Shown here piece after piece: positions 60,574-64,000 of a stretch of 64,000 nt of DNA. Source of the DNA: Anaerolineales bacterium (GTDB taxonomy: Bacteria > Chloroflexota > Anaerolineae > Anaerolineales > UBA11858); NCBI GenBank assembly GCA_045888315.1, contig JBGCVQ010000098.1:934-64933 (forward strand). The letters run 5' to 3'. Both the position numbers and the translations under genes were made by a program. Position 1 is the first letter of the stretch, and each line of letters opens with the position of its first letter. The notes below the pieces were generated by a model. It worked only from the letters and a program-made list of their open reading frames with translations, was not told the DNA's origin and did no database searches.

Positions 60574-60792
60574 ATGAGAAAGGCAATGGCTTTCGTTTTT
60601 GGCGCCGTCCTAGGGGGTGTACTGGGGGGACTGACCGCTTTGTTGTTAGCGCCCTATTCAGGAAATGACCTGCGTTCCACGATCAAGAAGAATGTCGATG
60701 AGATCCAGATCGAGATCAAAGAAGCAGCTCAGAAAAAGAGGGAAGAACTTGAAGCCCAGCTTCAGGAGATGATCAACTCGCCCCAATCCTGA
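60574..60792 (+). CDS. YtxH-domain small membrane-associated protein
   Basis: N-terminal hydrophobic FVFGAVLGGVLGGLTALLLAP, SG motif, and a charged helical tail. GGAG RBS. Confidence 0.7.
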   Translation: MRKAMAFVFGAVLGGVLGGLTALLLAPYSGNDLRSTIKKNVDEIQIEIKEAAQKKREELEAQLQEMINSPQS

Positions 60793-60827
60793 GAACCAGG
60801 ATCAATTCAACAGCCAGCGAAGAAGAT

Positions 60828-60861
60828 AAACCGCTCATGGGAAGCAATCCATGAGCGGTTT
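60828..60861. terminator. Bidirectional terminator, perfect 13-bp stem AAACCGCTCATGG / CCATGAGCGGTTT, followed by TTATTTATT
   Basis: Read directly between convergent genes ending at 60792 (+) and 60865 (-). Confidence 0.7.
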
Positions 60862-60864
60862 TAT

Positions 60865-62886
60865 TTATTGGGGATCGATCTCGATCCAGTAATTCGCTAT
60901 CTGGCGGGTATAGCGGGTCGTGCCAGATACGACCAGGACAACAGGATGGTCTCCGGCAGTCAGCGGTAGATCCAGCTGATTTCCATCCGTGAGAGCCAAA
61001 TACTCAACCTGCGGTGTGGGACCGAGGTGAATCAGCGCCAGCCGGTAGGTCTGAGGCAAGCTGTTGGCAATCCTCACAAAACCTTCCGGGGTCCAGCCGC
61101 CATTATCCGTCTCAAATCCAGAGTAGTAATCAAGCGCTGGAACAGAAACGGCATCCAGCAGGAATCCTTCGCCGTGCACAGCCGCATCAGTGATGTACTC
61201 GAAGCGGATCTGGATCACTTCCCCCGCATAGCTGGAAAGATCCACTGTTTCCTGGATCCAGGTCCCATTTCCGCCCGAGAGACCGTTATAGCCCCAGCCG
61301 TAGCTGTTTCCGGAAGGGTTCTCTGATGTACTGGAAGGTGTGCGGATAATCCGCCAATCCTTCCCATTCGTGGAGATCTCCAGGAACAGGTAATCATAAT
61401 CCTCTTCCAGGTCATACCAGGTCCAATATTGGAGCGAGACCGGGCCGGCAACATCTCGGAGGTCGAATTCCCGCGTCAAACGCATGTCAGAATGGTCGCC
61501 CTTATTGGACCAGAAAGCATAGCTTCCTTCGTAGGGATCCTCCGGGATCAGTTTGACAGTTCTCTGCCCTGTAAATCGCAGGGTAGCATCCTGGGCACAG
61601 TTGATCTCGATATAATCAACCGCATACTGGTGGACATCGCGCGCCAGGGGACCGGTCGGGCAATCCCGGATGACCTCCGTCGCGTCAAAGTAGGGGGAAT
61701 CAGGATAGCTGAGATATTTGAAGCGGTCCGAGACATTATATTCGTCTTTCAGGTAATTGGTCACTGCCCAATCAAGGAAGACATCATCCGCTCCTATCTG
61801 GGCACCGGTAGCGGGATCCTTGATCTTCAGCTCGCGCAGGACCTCATCCACGCTGGGAAGGCCATTGAGTTCGTCCGCGACCAGGGCTTTGGTAGCCTCG
61901 CTCCCAAACCGGTCCATGAAATAGGTCACGAACAGGAAAGCATTGCCGTAGTGAGGAGTAGTGGCGTTGGGGTCATTGGGCCAATCATTCAGCTGGGTAT
62001 CCGGGTTATCGGCGAAGAAATAATCATGGGTAGCTTGATTGCGGTAGCCGGTCAGCAGGGTGGCCAGTTCAGAGAAGCCCTCGTTCAACCAAGAGGTCTC
62101 ATTCTTATCCCGATACCAGTGGATCATATGCTGGAATTCGTGGGCCATGACTCCGTATGTATAGGGATCGTCAAGGCGGATATTATCAGCATTCAATAAA
62201 AAAGTCTCATGGGCATTGGAATATTCGTTGACCTCAGGTGTGTATTCATCGGTCGAATTGAAGAGGCCAGCTACATTGCCCCCCAATCCGCTCGCCATGA
62301 TCACATAGATATGAGGATCCTCGTCCACACCAGGGAACCATTCTGTTCCAAAGAACTCCTGGTCGATGGGGTAAATATTGTTCTCGAAATCATCTGCCAG
62401 ATTATTTATCGATTTCTGGGAGTAATCGACACCGTCCTCGATCCAAAAATAGAGGTGGTCTGTGACCGCAGCCAGGTTGGCAGTGATCTGGTAGTTTTCC
62501 GCCGTGTCGGTGTTGATGACCCAGAAATCCTCTTGATCGCCAATTTGGCGGTTGAGGTTCTCTACCGGCCTGGTCAGGGGGAGGTTCTCCTGACCGTTCA
62601 GCCGCTCGGCGATATCAATAGGATCGTTGATGGGGATCTCGGTCATCATCAGCGATTCCAGCGTCGGGCTGTCAGGAGAGGGCAGATTCTCCTGAGAAAA
62701 ACTGCTCCCCTGCACAGATTCCGTAGGATGAACAATCTCGACTTCCACAGGGGAACCTGCCAGGAGATTCTGGTCCTTGACCCAGGAATTGACCGCAAAG
62801 ACAGACAGGCCGCACGCCAGGCAGATCAGAATGCCGATCAGCGATGCTAAACCGATAAATATTTTCAGGAGAGGATTGTTATTCAT
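60865..62886 (-). CDS. Secreted/anchored zinc metalloprotease (gluzincin: HEFQH ... WLNEGFSE) with C-terminal beta-rich domains
   Basis: 673 aa with an N-terminal TM/signal helix. The HExxH motif plus downstream WLNEGF resembles the M1-like MA clan. Confidence 0.7.
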   Translation of the reverse strand: MNNNPLLKIFIGLASLIGILICLACGLSVFAVNSWVKDQNLLAGSPVEVEIVHPTESVQGSSFSQENLPSPDSPTLESLMMTEIPINDPIDIAERLNGQENLPLTRPVENLNRQIGDQEDFWVINTDTAENYQITANLAAVTDHLYFWIEDGVDYSQKSINNLADDFENNIYPIDQEFFGTEWFPGVDEDPHIYVIMASGLGGNVAGLFNSTDEYTPEVNEYSNAHETFLLNADNIRLDDPYTYGVMAHEFQHMIHWYRDKNETSWLNEGFSELATLLTGYRNQATHDYFFADNPDTQLNDWPNDPNATTPHYGNAFLFVTYFMDRFGSEATKALVADELNGLPSVDEVLRELKIKDPATGAQIGADDVFLDWAVTNYLKDEYNVSDRFKYLSYPDSPYFDATEVIRDCPTGPLARDVHQYAVDYIEINCAQDATLRFTGQRTVKLIPEDPYEGSYAFWSNKGDHSDMRLTREFDLRDVAGPVSLQYWTWYDLEEDYDYLFLEISTNGKDWRIIRTPSSTSENPSGNSYGWGYNGLSGGNGTWIQETVDLSSYAGEVIQIRFEYITDAAVHGEGFLLDAVSVPALDYYSGFETDNGGWTPEGFVRIANSLPQTYRLALIHLGPTPQVEYLALTDGNQLDLPLTAGDHPVVLVVSGTTRYTRQIANYWIEIDPQ

Positions 62887-63994
62887 TTTCTTTCTCAGGA
62901 GCTGCGCGTGAAGTGAACACCATTAAAGCCGAAGTGATCAGGCCAAACACCACCCAGGGATTTGGGATGGCGAACGAGTCATATGAAAAGGAGTCGACAA
63001 CAAAAGCGATGATTGACAGCAAAGCCCCGGTTCCCCAGAACTTCTCATCAGAGAATTTAGACATCCACAGGTAAAATCCTGCGCCAGCCAACGAGAACAG
63101 GAAGGATATGAATGCCGCCGTTCCCAAGAGCCCGGTCTCTGCCAGCAGCCTGGCAAAGAAGTTCTTGGCTGTGACGATACGCTGAGTTTGCGGCACCAGC
63201 CGTGTCAGCAGTTCAGGCATATAGCCTACCTGGACCGTGGGCAGCATGTCCTTGAAATGGAAGGTGTAATTCCCCAACCCAACCCCGAAGAACGGGGACC
63301 CTGTAAATATCCGGTAAGCGGTTTCCCAATAAATGAACCTGGGGCCAAATCCAATATACTTGAAATATCCGCTGAGGCTCTTATGGCCTACTTTCTGGGC
63401 TTCGTATGAGATACCCAGCCAGTAATCCCACATCCTGAAGATGTACTTGCTCTGCAGGCTGGCGATGAACAGGATAACGCCCAGGATAAGGATCACTCCC
63501 AGACTGACGATCAAAAACCGAATGGGGGGTGAGATATTATCGAAAGAACGCTGCCATTTACCCAACCAGCGAAAATGCTGGAAGTTGCTCTCAGCCCGGT
63601 CCCATTTGGGCCGCAGGAAGAGAATCCCGCTGGCGAGGACAACCAGGGCAACAACAAAACCTGCCCGGGAGAGAGTAAAGACCAGTACGATCATCAGCAG
63701 TACCAGATAGATCTTCTCGACCGTGAGCCAGCCCCAACGCCGTTTATAGAATGTTTTGTTCATTAAAGCGGCCGGGAGGATCCAGGGCAGCCATAATGAT
63801 GTCAGCTGGTCAGCAAACCAGCTGGGTTCCAGCGTCAATCCCATCACCCGATCCGGTGTCCCCACGTTCATGGTGATGTACTTCTGGATGTGGCTGATGC
63901 GGTAGTACCAATTTGGTATCAGATCAAGGACATAGATGGTTTGAACCAGACCCCACAAGGTGGCGACAGCCATGCCAGCATATAACCAGCGCAT
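62879..63994 (-). CDS. O-antigen ligase / polymerase-like (Wzy_C-type) polytopic membrane protein; the N terminus may extend beyond the window
   Basis: 371 aa, ~10 TM helices, LVFTLSRAGFVVALVV motif. The frame remains open upstream of the ATG to the window end. Confidence 0.65.
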   Translation of the reverse strand: MRWLYAGMAVATLWGLVQTIYVLDLIPNWYYRISHIQKYITMNVGTPDRVMGLTLEPSWFADQLTSLWLPWILPAALMNKTFYKRRWGWLTVEKIYLVLLMIVLVFTLSRAGFVVALVVLASGILFLRPKWDRAESNFQHFRWLGKWQRSFDNISPPIRFLIVSLGVILILGVILFIASLQSKYIFRMWDYWLGISYEAQKVGHKSLSGYFKYIGFGPRFIYWETAYRIFTGSPFFGVGLGNYTFHFKDMLPTVQVGYMPELLTRLVPQTQRIVTAKNFFARLLAETGLLGTAAFISFLFSLAGAGFYLWMSKFSDEKFWGTGALLSIIAFVVDSFSYDSFAIPNPWVVFGLITSALMVFTSRAAPEKENE

Positions 63995-64000
63995 AGTAAA

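Overview
This is a densely coding bacterial chromosomal segment of about 55% GC by eye. It is almost entirely core housekeeping genes, and most lie on the minus strand. Left to right, the main content is:
- fusA (partial), rpsG, rpsL and rpoB, then era and a PBP1-like protein
- recN, a zinc-ribbon membrane protein and nadK, then ssb and purA
- two convergent ECF sigma/anti-sigma modules
- a TPR protein, polA, an M23 peptidase and rho
- prfA, prmC and tsaC, then tsaD, an M24 peptidase and selA
- dnaA, preceded by a 565-bp non-coding region
- an AI-2E permease, a sortase, a MATE pump, an M29 aminopeptidase and glgP
- a seven-gene run panB-panE-panC-panD-coaX-coaBC plus an Fe-S protein
- add, a sulfotransferase, a secreted gluzincin protease and an O-antigen-ligase-like protein (possibly partial).

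Gene content (sortase, Firmicutes-type S12 insertion, protein styles) suggests a monoderm-type lineage, possibly Chloroflexota/Anaerolineae-like, at low confidence.

I saw no rRNA, tRNA, CRISPR array, transposase, integrase, phage or recognisable defence genes. I did not find a convincing self-contained novel system.

The best leads are unusual protein architectures:
- a class-A-PBP homolog with every catalytic motif substituted
- an S51-like domain fused to a CysRS C-terminal module
- an ECF-linked beta-helix membrane protein ending in an E2-type peripheral-subunit-binding domain
- a TM-anchored nitroreductase.

The remaining leads are regulatory DNA or organisational features:
- tandem perfect palindromes at the polA promoter
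- overlapping divergent leaders at rpoB/era and rho/prfA
- a dnaA-upstream region lacking canonical DnaA boxes
- organisational oddities: rpoB without rpoC, isolated dnaA, orphan selA.

All motif and alignment calls were made by eye. Start codons and promoters are approximate.
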